A stretch of 64,000 nt of DNA from Mobula hypostoma (GCF_963921235.1 NC_086107.1:60450001-60514000), one strand, 5' to 3'; numbered from the stretch's first letter, positions 51,160 through 62,753 are shown. Notes: generated by a model not told the origin, from the letters alone. Made by a program: numbers and translations.

Positions 51160-52236
51160 CAATAAAAGTTCAAAGTAAATTTTATTATCAAGGTACGTAT
51201 GTGTCACTACATACAGTCCTAAGATTCATCTTCCTGTGGGCATACTCAATATATCTATAGAATAGTAACCATAACAGAATTAGTGAAAGATCAACCAGAG
51301 TGCAGAACAAACTGTGCAAATTGCAAATGCAAATATAAATAAATAGCAATAAATAACAAGATAGAGTCCTTAAAGTGAGATCATTGGTTGTGGGAACACC
51401 TCATTGGGTGGGCAAGTGAGTGTAGTTATCCCCTTTTTGTATAGAGGTTTGTCAAAGTTTTAGCTGTCATGCCAAATCATAAGGAAGTAGAGCTGCTTCC
51501 GTGCTTTCTTCGCACTTGCACTTATGTGCTGGGTCTGGGACAGATCCTCTGGAATTGTAACACCCAGGAAATTCAAGTTGCTAACCCTCTCTATCTCTGA
51601 TCCTCAGTTGAGGTCTGGCTTATGGACTCTGGTTTCCCTCTCCTGAAGTCAATAATCAGTTCCCTGGTCTTGCTGACATTGAGTGAGAGGTTTTGGTTAT
51701 GGCACCACTCAATGATATCTTCAGCCTCCCTCCTCTATGTTGATTTATCACTGCCTTTGATTCAGCCCACAACAGTGGTGCTATCTGCAAACTTGCATGT
51801 GGCGTTGGAGCTGTGCTTAGCCACACAGTCATAAGTGTGAAGCGAGTGGAACAAGGGGCTAAGCACACATCCTTGTGGTGCATCTGTGCTGATGGAGATC
51901 GTGGAGGAGATGTTGTTGCCAATCTGAACTGACTGGGGTCTGTAAGTGATGAAATCCAGGATCCAATTGCACAAAGAGGTATTGAGGCCAAAGACTTGGA
52001 GCTTATCAATTAGTTTAGGGGGGATGATGGTATTGAATGTCAAGCTGTAAATGATAAAGAGCACCTTTGCTGTCCAGATGTTCCAGGATTGAGTGAACAC
52101 CATCTGCTGTGGGGACATGTTGCTCCAGTAGGCAAATTGGAGCGGATCCAAGTTGCCTCTCATGCGGGAGCTGATATGTTTCATCACCAACCTCTCAAAA
52201 CACTTCAACACAATGGATGTAAGTACAGAGATTACA
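51160..52236 (-). mobile_element. Rex1/Babar LINE fragment
   Basis: LTSIVLKCFERLV, LDPLQFAY, PQGCVLSPL, KFADSTT motifs. Confidence 0.88.
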
Positions 52237-53523
52237 GTCAAGTCAAGTCAAGTCAAGTTTATTTATAAAGCACATTTAAAAACAACCCATGTTGACCAAA
52301 GTGCTGTACAATCCATAACAGGTAGCTAAAATCACAAATACAAGAAACACAGATATAAACAAGAAGGCACACAGCTTATAGGCACAAAATAAACAACCCA
52401 GGAGCCTAAGCACAAGCCAAAAATCAGCCACATCAGGAAGATTCAAACGCTAGTGAATCAAGGTAAGTTTTGAGCCTGGACTTAAAAGAGTCAATGGAGG
52501 GGGCAGATCTTATACAGATACAGATCTGAGGGAGGTGGAACTAGCATAAGGGGTTAGAAGGTCTGTGATATAGGAGAGGGCCAGCCCATTTAGGGCTTTA
52601 TAAACAAACAGGAGAACCTTAAAATCAATTCTAAACCGTACTGGTAGCCAGTGGAGAGAGGCCAGGATAGGAGTAATATGGTCCCTCTTCCAGGCACCTG
52701 TCAGGAGCCTGGCTGCGGTGTTCTCGACCAGTTGCAGACGGGACAGGGACGACTAACTAATCCCAGTGTACAGGGAGTTGGAGTAGTCCAAGCGGGAGGA
52801 TATAAGGGCGTGGATGACTTTCTCGAGATCTTTGAAAGAGAGAAACGACTTGATTTCGGCAATAGTACGAAGCTGGAAAAAACTGGCCTTTACTACTGCA
52901 TTAACTTGCTTGTCAAACTAAGAGGCGGAATCAAGTATCACACCAAGGTTTTTGACATGGGGTTTGACAAGGATGGACAGGTTACCAGGACTATTGGTAA
53001 TCACTTTGATGGAGTCAGGGGGGCCAAATAGGACAACTTCAGACTTGCCTTCATTCAGCTGTAGGAAGTTTTATGTCATCCAACACTTTATGTCCTCAAG
53101 GCAGTTCATGAGGCTGACTAGATTTGACTGGTCATTTGGTTTTAGGGGGAGATAAAGCTGTGTGTCATCAGCATAACAGTGGAATGAAATGTCATATTTT
53201 TGAATGATTTGGCTGAGGGGAAGCATATATATAGAGAAAAGAATGGGACCTTGGATGGAACCTTGTAGGACCCCGCAGGAAAAACTAGCTGGAGAAGAGG
53301 AAAAATTTCCTATGTTGACTGCAAAGCTTCTATTTTTGAGGTAGGATGTGAACCAGTTCAAGGCAGTGTCATCAACACCAACCCCAAACTGGAGACGGTC
53401 TATTAAAATGGCATGATCCACAGTATCGAACGCTGCGCTGAGGTCAAGAAGAATGGCAGAGTCACCTGAGTTGGTAGAGAGGAGGAGATCATTGCACACT
53501 TTCAGCAGGGCAGACTCTGTGCT
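52237..53523 (-). mobile_element. L2 LINE, 5'-truncated
   Basis: STESALLKVCNDLL, LLDLSAAFDTVDH, FHCYADDTQLY and a (TTGAC)n tail at 52237-52257. Confidence 0.92.
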
Positions 53524-53984
53524 ACCAGTGATCACCGTTTGCTGAATTCCTGCCACTATCTGTAACAAGTTTGGGCATTCTCCCTGTAGCTACATAGGTT
53601 TCTCTCACATTCCAAAAACAAACAGGGTGAGGGTTAGTAAGTTGTGGGCATGCTAAGTGGTGACCCTTGCGAGTAGCCCCCAGCACAACCTTGGCTGATT
53701 GTATTTGATGCAATCGACGCATTTTACAGTGTGTATCGCTGTTTCAATGCACATGCTAAATAAAGCTAATCTTTTAAGAAAGTCTTTAAACCCTGTCTTT
53801 ATTTGTCTTGACTTCCACATATTTTGTTCTTTTTAAAATATTTATTCTTTGTATGTTACTATCAGTAGTAAGGCTCGCATTTACCATCTATTCTCAATTA
53901 CTTTCTGAACCAAATGGCTTCTCAGAACGGTTAAGTGTCAAACACATTTATGGGTAAGGAGTCACATACCAAATATCTACCAAG

Positions 53985-56090
53985 TTGTGGATAGAGTGGA
54001 GGGTTGTTGTAGGTTACAACCGGACATTGACAGGATGCAGAGATGGGCTGAGAAGTGGCAGATGGAGTTCAACCCAAGAACGTGTGAAGTGATTCGCTTT
54101 GGAAGGTCAAGTTTGAAGTCAGAATACAGGGTTAATGGTTCATAGTATGGAGAAACTACTTGTGGTCCATACCACAGGTCCCTTATAATAGCTGTGCAAA
54201 TTGATATGATATGATGGCTTTCATTAGTCAGAAGATTAGGTTCAAGAGCTACAAAGCAATATTGTAGCTCTATAAACTATTTATAGCTTCAGCATTACAT
54301 CCTGGCTTTTATATACCAGTTCTCTCAAAATGAATGCTAACGTTGCACTTGCCTTCCTTACCACCGAATCAACTTACAAGTTAACTTTTAGGGAATCCTG
54401 GAAGGGAAATCTCTAGTCCCTTTGCACCTTTAATTTCTGGCTGTCCTCTCCATTCAGAAAATAGTCAATGCCTTTATTCTGTAAAAAGTGCATGACCATA
54501 CATTTCCCTGCACTATATTCCATCTGCCACTAATTTACCCATTCTCCTAATCTGTCAAAGTTCTTCTGCAGACTCCCAGCTTCCTCAACACTGTCTGTAC
54601 CGATCTTGGCCACAAGGCCATTAATTCCATCATCCAAATACACTTCCGTTCAGAAAATAGTCTGCACCTTCATTCCTTCTATCAAAGTGCACGACCATAC
54701 ACTATTATCCATCTGCCATTTATTTTTCCCATCTCCCAATCCATTCAAGCCCTTCTGCAGACTCACTGCTTCCTTAATACTGCCTGCCCCTCCACCTGTC
54801 TTTGTATCATCTGCAAACTCAATCACAAACCCACTTATTCCATCATACAAATTATTGACATAAAAGATGAAAAAAATGCGGTCACATTACAGACCCCTGT
54901 GGAACATCACTAGAAAATGACAGCCAACCAGAAAAAGCCCCCTTTACTCCCAGTTTGCCTCCTCCCAATTAGCCAATCTTCTATCCATGCTTTTATCTTT
55001 CCTGTCATACCGTGAGCTTGTTTAGCAGCCTTATATGCGGTACCTTGTCAAAGGCTTCTCAAAATCCAAGTAAACTACATGCACTGACTTTCCTTTATCT
55101 GAAGATTTATCAGGATGCTGTCTAGTTTAGAGACCATGTCTTATGAGGATAGGTTGGGATAGGTTGGGTGAGCTTGGGCTTCCTCTTTTGAGCGAAGAAC
55201 GATGAGAGGCATAGATTAGATTAGGTTAGTTTATGAGGACACGCAGTCCTCTTTTATTGTCATTTAGTAATGCATGAATTAAGAAATGATACAATCTTCC
55301 TGCAGTATGATATCACAGAAACACAAGACAGACCAAGACTAAAAAAACTGACAAAAACCACATAATTATAACATATAGTTACAACAGTGCAAAGCAATAC
55401 AGTAATTTGATAAAGAACAGACCATGGGCAAGGTAAAAAAAAAAGTCTCAAAGTCTCTCGAAAGTCCTATCATCTCACACAGACGGTAGAAGGGAGAAAC
55501 TCTCCCTGCCATGAACCTCCAGCGCTGCAAACTTGCCGATGCAGCACCCTGGAAGCACCCGACCAAAGACGACTCTTGAGTCCGTCCGAAAACTTCAAGC
55601 CTCCGATCAGCCCTCCGACACCGAGCACATAGCACCATCTCTGCTGAGTGCTTCGACCCCGTCCCCGGCAACAGGCAATAGGCAAAGCCGAGGATTTGGG
55701 GCCTACCTCTCCGGAGGTTCTCGATCGCACAGTAGCAGCAGCAGCGAAGCAGGCATTTCAGAAGTTTCTCCAGATGTTCCTCCATGCTTCTCAAGTGCAT
55801 AGCCAGATACATTTTCCCAAGGGAGAAATGGTTAATACCAGAGGAGCCAGATGGTGGTGAATTTGTGGAATTTATTACCACAGGCAGCTATGGAGGCTAG
55901 GTCATTAGGTGTATTTAAGGCAGAGTTTGATAGATTCTTCATTGGACATGGCATCAAAGGTTACAGGGAGAAAGCCAGGGAGTGGGGCTAAGGAGGCAAA
56001 AAAAGGATCAGTCATGATTGAATGGCGGAGCAGACTCAATGGGCCAAATGGCCTAATTCTGCACCTATGTCTTATCCTCTTATGGACATC
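53985..56090. mobile_element. Cluster of CR1 fragments in both orientations, with an unclassified insertion at ~55215-55796
   Basis: CR1 motifs on plus (53985-54285, 55100-55210, 55800-56090) and minus (54285-55100, EFADDTKTGG). The central insert has an (attag) end and is flanked by GCATAG. Confidence 0.65.
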
Positions 56091-56734
56091 ATTTTAAGAT
56101 ACAGTACATAATTGGAGGAAAGTTTGGGGTGAGGGTGTCAGAGGTAACTTTTTTACACAGAATAGTGAGTGCAAGGGGTGTGGTAGAGGTTGAAGTGGTA
56201 AAGGGTATGGGCCTATAGAATCTTGTTGAACCAGCAGATATTTCATATAATTAGTATAATTGGGTAAAGCTCCCTTATGTCTAACATTCACATCCTGAGG
56301 ACAAATTTGGATAAGTCTGTAACTCAGACATTATTAAACTTGTGTTGCTTTCCATCTACGAGGAACTCAGGCTACTTAAGGAAAATAATTCAGATTAACT
56401 AGCAGCATAAATCCCAAAGATAACTAAACCATTAAGTGAACATTGTGCCAATACCACATTCCTGGTCACAGAAGGCTCACTCTGAGTTAACCGTCAGTGA
56501 CATGACAAGGTGTGCCCATGAATGACTGAACACTTTTAGCCTGGCTGGTACATTGCCAGGCTTTTAGCCTGGCTGGTATAAGCCAATATCAGACTGCTGT
56601 CAAGTATTCCATAGGGTTTCAATAGTTTGACTAGCTGGTGAGCTAATTGCTCGGGCAGGCAAACAGCAGGAATATTGTCAGGCTCTGTAAGGTTAAAATC
56701 CATAGTTTTAACATTAATTTCTGGCAGGAATCAT

Positions 56735-57640
56735 CCTCTCAGGGCTGTGTACCAGGCCCCCTCCTTTCCTCCCTGTATACCCATGACTGTGTCGCCACCC
56801 ACAGCTCCAATCTGCTAATTAAATTTGCTGACAACACTACACTGATTGGCCTAATCTCAAATAATAATGAGGCAGCCTACGGAGAAGAAGTCATCACTCT
56901 GACACAGCGGTTGTCAAGAAAACAACCCCTCTCTCAATATGACAAAAACAAAGGAGCTGGTTGTGGACTAGGGAAGAATGCAGACAGGTTAGCCCCTATT
57001 GACATCAATGGATCTGGGGTTGAGAGGGTAAACAGTTTAAGTTCCTTGGCATAAACATCACTGAGGATCTCAAGTGGTCTGTACATACCGGCAGTGCGGT
57101 GAAAAAGGCAAACCAACACTCCTTTCACCTCAGACATTTGAAGAAGTTTGGTGTGGGCCCTCAAATCCTAAGAACTTTCTACAGAGGCACAATTGAGAGC
57201 ATCCTGACTGTCTGCATCACTTCCTGGTATGGGAACTGAACTTCCCTCAATCACAGGACTCTGCAGGCAGTGGTGCAGACAGCCCAGCACATCTGTAGAT
57301 GTGAACTTCCCACTATTCAGGACATTTACAGTGACAGGTGTGTAAAAAGGGCCCAAAGGATCATTGGGGACCCGAGTCACCCCAACCACAAACTGTTCCA
57401 GCTGCTACCATCCTGGAAACAGTACCGCAGCATGAAAGACAGGACCAACAGGCTCCGGGACAGCTTCTTCCACCAGGCCATCAGATTGATTAATTCATGC
57501 TGATACAATTGTATTTCTATGTTATATTGACTGTCCTGTTGCACATTGCACATTTAGACAGAGATGTAATGTAAAGATTTTTACTCCTCATGTACAAACG
57601 TATATGAAGGATGTAAGTAATAAAGTCAATTCAATTCTAA
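56735..57640 (+). mobile_element. Rex1/Babar LINE 3' fragment
   Basis: QGCVPGPLLSSLYTHDCVATHSSNLLIKFADNTT and an aataaagtcaattcaattc tail. Confidence 0.9.
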
Positions 57641-57779
57641 CCAGCTTGCATCACAGCAAAGTCAAAAATGACATCCAGGTAATTATGACATATTCCTCTT
57701 CCTCTCAGTCTCTCTCCAGCCTTGAATATCTGAACATCCTCTTGCAGGTGAGACTGCGCTCACTTCTTACCTACCTTCA

Positions 57780-58150
57780 TGACCTGTCCATCACCTCCCT
57801 CTTTTTCCCCACCCCCTCCTTTTATTCCACTGACCTCTCCTATCAAATTCCTTTTTCTTCTTCAGCCCTTTAACTCTTCCACATATCAGCTCCCAACTTT
57901 TCATATCATGTGCCACCCACATTCCCCTGTACCTGGAGTCACCTATCACCTACTAGTTTGTATCCCCTGCCCTCCCCCCACATGCTTATTCTAGCTTCTG
58001 CCCCGTTCTTTTAGTCCTGATGAAGAGTCTCGGTCTGAAGCGTCGACTGTTTATTCCTCCTCATACATGTTGTCTGACTTTCTGAGTTCCTCCAGCACTT
58101 TGTATGTAATTATCAAGATTTCCACTGTCTGAGTAATCTCGTGTCTATGT
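57780..58150 (+). mobile_element. Penelope-like element 3' UTR with hammerhead-like motif
   Basis: TAGTC CTGATGA AGAGTCTCGGTCT GAAGCGTC GACTG at 58012-58049 plus the family tail. Confidence 0.75.
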
Positions 58151-58334
58151 TTCTTTATCCAAAATGATGTAGCCAACTATGTCATCTTTTTCTGTGGCAA
58201 CATCTTAATGTTTTGTTCCCCCCCACCACCCCCGGCCTCAGGGCTTTTTCCTATTTAAGCCTTTTGTGTAAGATCACCCAAAAACACAGTACCTGATTCT
58301 ACCTATGTGCCAGTAACACCCAGGATTCTCTCAG

Positions 58335-58590
58335 CAACACATTTAGAGATACAGCGTGGAGCTAGCCCTTCTAGTCGTGCTGCCCAGCAAACCACCGACA
58401 GGGCAGGACAATGGCTAATTAACCTACTAACCAGCACATCTTTGGACTGTGGGAGGAAATCGGAGCACCCGGAGGAAACACAGGAAGGAATGCTCAAGTT
58501 TGCTAAAAGAGAATGCCGGAATCGAACTCCGAACACCGACGCCCCGAGCTGTAATAGCGTTGCGCTAACTGCTAAATTACCGTGGCACCC
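58335..58590 (-). mobile_element. V-SINE (HE1-like)
   Basis: Minus strand: tRNA-like head, GAGTTCGATTCC B box, V-domain gtttcctccgggtgctccgatttcctcccacagtccaaaga. Confidence 0.85.
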
Positions 58591-59249
58591 TTCTGTCCCA
58601 CTCCCAAGTTCTTTACCAGCTCAGAAGAACCCTTACCCCCGTGCTAGGCAGTTAGCATTGCCCTAGAGACTCTGACTTTGTGGTAGCTAGCATTGTCTTT
58701 TCCGTTTACCACGCAATCCCTACCGTTGCGGCCGTATACACGAGCCGGACATCAGTAACCCGCTGCCTACCTCTTCCACAAAAGTGACCTTGTGTATGTT
58801 TGGTATCCAGTTTCGCATGGTAGCTAGAGGCAGAGAGTGCGGGACACCGGAACCCGGAGCAACAAACAGCCTGTTGCAGGAACACAGCGGATCGGGCAGC
58901 ATCTGGTGGGGGGGAGGGGGGGGGGAGAGAAACAGCGCAATTCCTCTCCCTAACTTTTCACACTCAGACAATGCTTTTCGACCTGCCGAGTTACTGGAGT
59001 ATGATAGCTCTTGCTGAGATATTTTGAGAAGCTTTTCTCTGTAAAAAGGCTAAATAAATCGGTCTGTTTTTGCGTTGAGTTTCAAGTATCTTCCCTATGG
59101 GCGTGGTGCTGTTTTAAGCGCTTAAGTTTGAGAATCAGAATGACAACAACAAAATATAGCACATGCTGGAAATATGAAAATAAAGACAAAAATACGTTAT
59201 CAGTGATATTGCGATCGTTTCCGGTATCCTTGCACATTGTACAGAATAC

Positions 59250-59470
59250 CCTGGCCAACCAATTAGCGGCAGCGCCTTCTGTGTATGATAATAATCTACA
59301 TATAAAAACAAGCCCGACCTTTCACTGTCAGCAGTTGACAGCTGCGCTACGTGGATCGGGGTGGGAGCTCTGTGATTGGCTAACGCGACGGTCATTCAAG
59401 GTGGGTGGCGAAGGTAATTGGCTGGGGTGGAGGGAGAAAGGGAGTATCCAGGAACGCTCCCAAGCAGAGC
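59250..59470 (+). promoter_or_regulatory. PNPLA2: Putative PNPLA2 promoter
   Basis: CpG-rich region upstream of the ATG. CCAAT (~59259), two ATTGG (~59375, ~59417), TATAAAA (~59301), TACGTG (~59348). Confidence 0.55.
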
Positions 59471-59638
59471 GGAACTGAGCCCAGCAGAGCAGAGCAGAGG
59501 AGGTTAGGAGCCGGGTGTTTGGAAACGTCTGTGCGGCAGCTTAGCGGAAGATGTGAGTGCGGCGGCCAGAGGGTGTCAGAAGCCGGTTCCAAGTACGTTT
59601 GCCGGAGGGCGTCGTTTGAAGTTGAGCCCACAGAGGAG

Positions 59639-59828
59639 ATGCTGCGGCCCGAGGACTCGTCCTGGAGCATTTCGTTCGCCGGCTGCGGGTTTCTGGGCAT
59701 CTACCATGTCGGAGTGGCCAGCTGCTTGTGCGAGCATGCCCCGCAGCTGGTGCACAACGCCAGCAACATCTACGGGGCATCGGCCGGCGCGCTGACAGCC
59801 TGTAGCTTGGTCAGCAAAGCCTGTCTCG
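59639..59828 (+). CDS. PNPLA2: PNPLA2 (adipose triglyceride lipase, patatin domain) first coding exon; gene continues beyond the window
   Basis: [30 protein letters not shown]...IYGASAGAL contains the GCGFLG oxyanion loop and the GxSxG catalytic serine (S48). Donor G|GTAAGA. Assignment to PNPLA2 rather than a paralogue rests on PIDD1-RPLP2-PNPLA2 synteny. Confidence 0.92.
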
Positions 59829-60142
59829 GTAAGAAACGAATTAAGAGACGCCCTGTTCCCGGGATGGGAATCTCTCTCGCCTCTAATCTCACCCTTTGTC
59901 GAACTCCCCAACTATCAGCGAGGTACCTTGGGCGCAGAGGTGCACATTTTACGCACAGAAAGAGTGTCTGGGGATTGTAGGAGGGAGGGAAAATATCTTT
60001 CATCTGGCGGAAAGGTATTTTACAAGCAGGTACAGCACCTTAAGGTTTTGAACAGATGGAGAGGCAAGGGGTGATGCCAGTGAGGTTAAGTCATGAAAGG
60101 GCAGGGATGAGAATGCTCGTAAAAAGAAGTTAGCATAGATTG

Positions 60143-60400
60143 CAAACACGGGAAAATCTGCAGATGCTGGAAACCCAAGCAACACACAAAAAGCTGCAGG
60201 AACTCAGCGGGCTACGGAAAAGAGTCGAGGTTTTGGGACGAGACCCTTCAGCAGGAGTCTGCAAGCGGCGGAGAGAGAATCCCAGTTGTGGATCCCAGTC
60301 CTGATGAAGGGTCTCGGCCCGAAACGTCGACCGTTTACTCTTTTCCAACCATTGATGCTACCTGACCTGGTGAGTTCCTCCTGCATTTTGAGTGTGTTGT
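60143..60400. mobile_element. Fold-back Penelope-derived element with two oppositely oriented hammerhead motifs
   Basis: The left half is the reverse complement of the Penelope tail and the right half is the forward copy, joined at ~60260-60295. Confidence 0.85.
60296..60333 (+). ncRNA. Minimal type I hammerhead ribozyme motif (Penelope-associated)
   Basis: CAGTC-CTGATGA-A-GGGT(CTCG)GCCC-GAAA-C-GTC^GACCG: conserved core boxes, stem II, palindromic ACGT stem III, and stem I CAGTC/GACCG with one mismatch. Confidence 0.75.
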
Positions 60401-60989
60401 CAGGACAAATCGGATGTAATGCTGGTGCTAAAGGAAACAAATCGTAATATCAGGTTTTGGAATTGCATCCCATTGGCTAGTGAAAACATTCCCTTTAGTC
60501 ACAATCCTCCCACTTAGTGGCCTGTAGCTAACCTATTCTCTCTGTCATGGTGATTACCTGCGCTCACCATTCTCCCGCCTCCCACCAAGACTCCGGGCAA
60601 TTCACAGTAATAGTCTGCTAGCAGATGTGGATGGAAATTGCCTAGGCATAGAAGACTATGGGCAAGTGCTGGAAGATGGGATAAATGGAGATGTGTCAGC
60701 ACAGATATGGTGGGCCAAGGACTGGTTCAAGTCAAGTTGTGTCTGTTGCTGTGTGCACAATACAGCAATGACATGAATGTACAAAAAAATCCTTCCTTGT
60801 AGCAGATTCACAAGTTCAGGAAACACAAAATATGAATTGTACATAAATTATGTAACAGAGTGGAGAGGAAAACTACAGAATGGTACATTTGCACAAAAAC
60901 AGTAAGTTCGTAGTAGAGCAAGGGGTGGACTGTAGTGTTCTGTTCCTACGGTAGAATTGGGGTTGTATTTTAGGTTTCCATGCTGTACA

Positions 60990-62620
60990 AGATCATAAAA
61001 CATAGGGGCAGAATTAGGCCACTCAGCCCATCATGTTTGCTCCACCATTCAATCATGTCTGATTTTCCCCCTCTCAACCCCATTCTCCTGACTTCTCCCC
61101 ATAACCCTTGATACCCTTACTAACCAAGAACCTATCAACCTCTGCTTTAAATTTACAGAATGACTTGGTCTCCAGAGCTTCTGTAGCAATGAATTCTACA
61201 GATTCACCACCCTCTGTCCAAAGAAATTCCTCCTCATCTCTGTTCTAAGGAAGTGTCCTTGTATACTGAGGCTGTACCCTCTGTCTCTGACTCCCCCACT
61301 ATAATATATTCTTTTATATTCTATTCTTGGAATGAATGCTCACATTGCATTTGCTTCCCTTGCTGCTGAGTCCATCTGCTAGTTAACCTTTAGGAAATCC
61401 TGTACTGGGACTCCCAAATGCTTTATACATCCAGTTTCTGAATTTGCTCCCATTCAGAAAATAGTCTCCACCTATATTCCTTCTGCTAAAGTGCATGACT
61501 ACACACCTAATTACACTGTATTCCATCTGTCACTTCTTTTTCCCTTCTCTTAATCTGTCCAAATCTTTCTGCAGACTTCCTGCTTACTCAACACCGCCTG
61601 CCCCTCCACCTTTCTCTGTATAGTCTGCAAATTTGGTCACAAAGCCATCAGTTCCATTCTCCAGATCATTAACGTGTACCATGAAAAGCCGTGGACCCAA
61701 CATAACTGGTAATATCTAACTGTGCTACAAAATCATCTACCTTATTTTGTATACTGTGTGCACTCAAATATAACATTTTTTGTCATGCATTCACCACCCT
61801 TTTCAATTTTGTCTTCATGTTACCTGAAGTTAAATTCTTACTTTCTGAACTTTTTATGGAATTCTCCAGAATGAAGAATTTGACAACACTTCCTGCACTC
61901 TCCTTCCCTTTTACTTTATCCGTATTTTTCCAAGCTGCTGAGTCCACACCCCACTATTTCATTTAAAGCCTTATCTACAACTCTAGTTTTGTATTTCGCT
62001 AGGACCCTGGTTCCATCATGGTTTAGATGGAGCCGACCCATTGGAACAGCTCCCTGCTTTCCCAGTACTGGTGCCAATGTCCCACAAATGTTGACTGTAC
62101 TTTTTTATTCATAGATGCTGCCTGACCTGCTGAGTTCCTCCAGCATTTAGTGTGTGTGTTCCCCACAAACTCAAACTCAAACTCACTTTTCCCACACTAA
62201 TCTTTGAGCCACACATTTAGCTCTCTGATTTTATTAACCCTGAGAACCCCGTAGCAATTTGCACTTGGCCCTGATAACGTTGCAGAGGTATTACCTTTTT
62301 TGGTTCTGCATTTTAAGTTGGTCTCTAGCTGCTCAAATTCCGACAGCTGAACCCCTTTCCTTATCCTTCCTACATCTTTGCTATCTACCTGGCCTCAGAT
62401 CAAATTTAAAGTAGTTAGTCTGATAGAAGTGACAGCCTCCTGAAACACAGGAGGTTCCCTCCCTGATGCATCGTTTATCTGAAGCTCAGATTCCAGGTCA
62501 TTAACCTTGAGCCTGAGTTCCTCCAGCAACCAAGTCTTTCTGTAGTTGTGGTCACCAGGAACCACAGTGGAGTCCAACTCCCATATCATGCAGCGATTGC
62601 ACATTACCTGATCCTGCACC
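60990..62620 (-). mobile_element. Internally deleted CR1 retaining an ORF1 remnant
   Basis: 3' end at ~60990. ORF1-like Cys/leucine-zipper N-terminus MQDQVMCNRCMIWE...LEELRLKVNDLESELQ at 62395-62619. Confidence 0.75.
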
Positions 62621-62753
62621 CCTATTTCATTTAATTTGTTTAAATTGGTATCTTTTTAGTTAATACTACTATATATGAAAAAACCTTGCCTATTCTTACC
62701 TGCTCCTCACCTGTGCCTCCTTACTGAAGCCTCCCGAGCCAAAGTCTCAGAAC

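Noticed and set aside
56533-56578. 18-bp direct repeat with 10-bp spacer (also a 21-bp tandem duplication at 15701-15742)
   Set aside because: Two units only. These are local duplications, not a CRISPR-like array.
59405-59980. 191-aa single-exon ORF
   Set aside because: It is the PNPLA2 exon plus read-through into UTR and intron. Homology stops at the donor at 59828.
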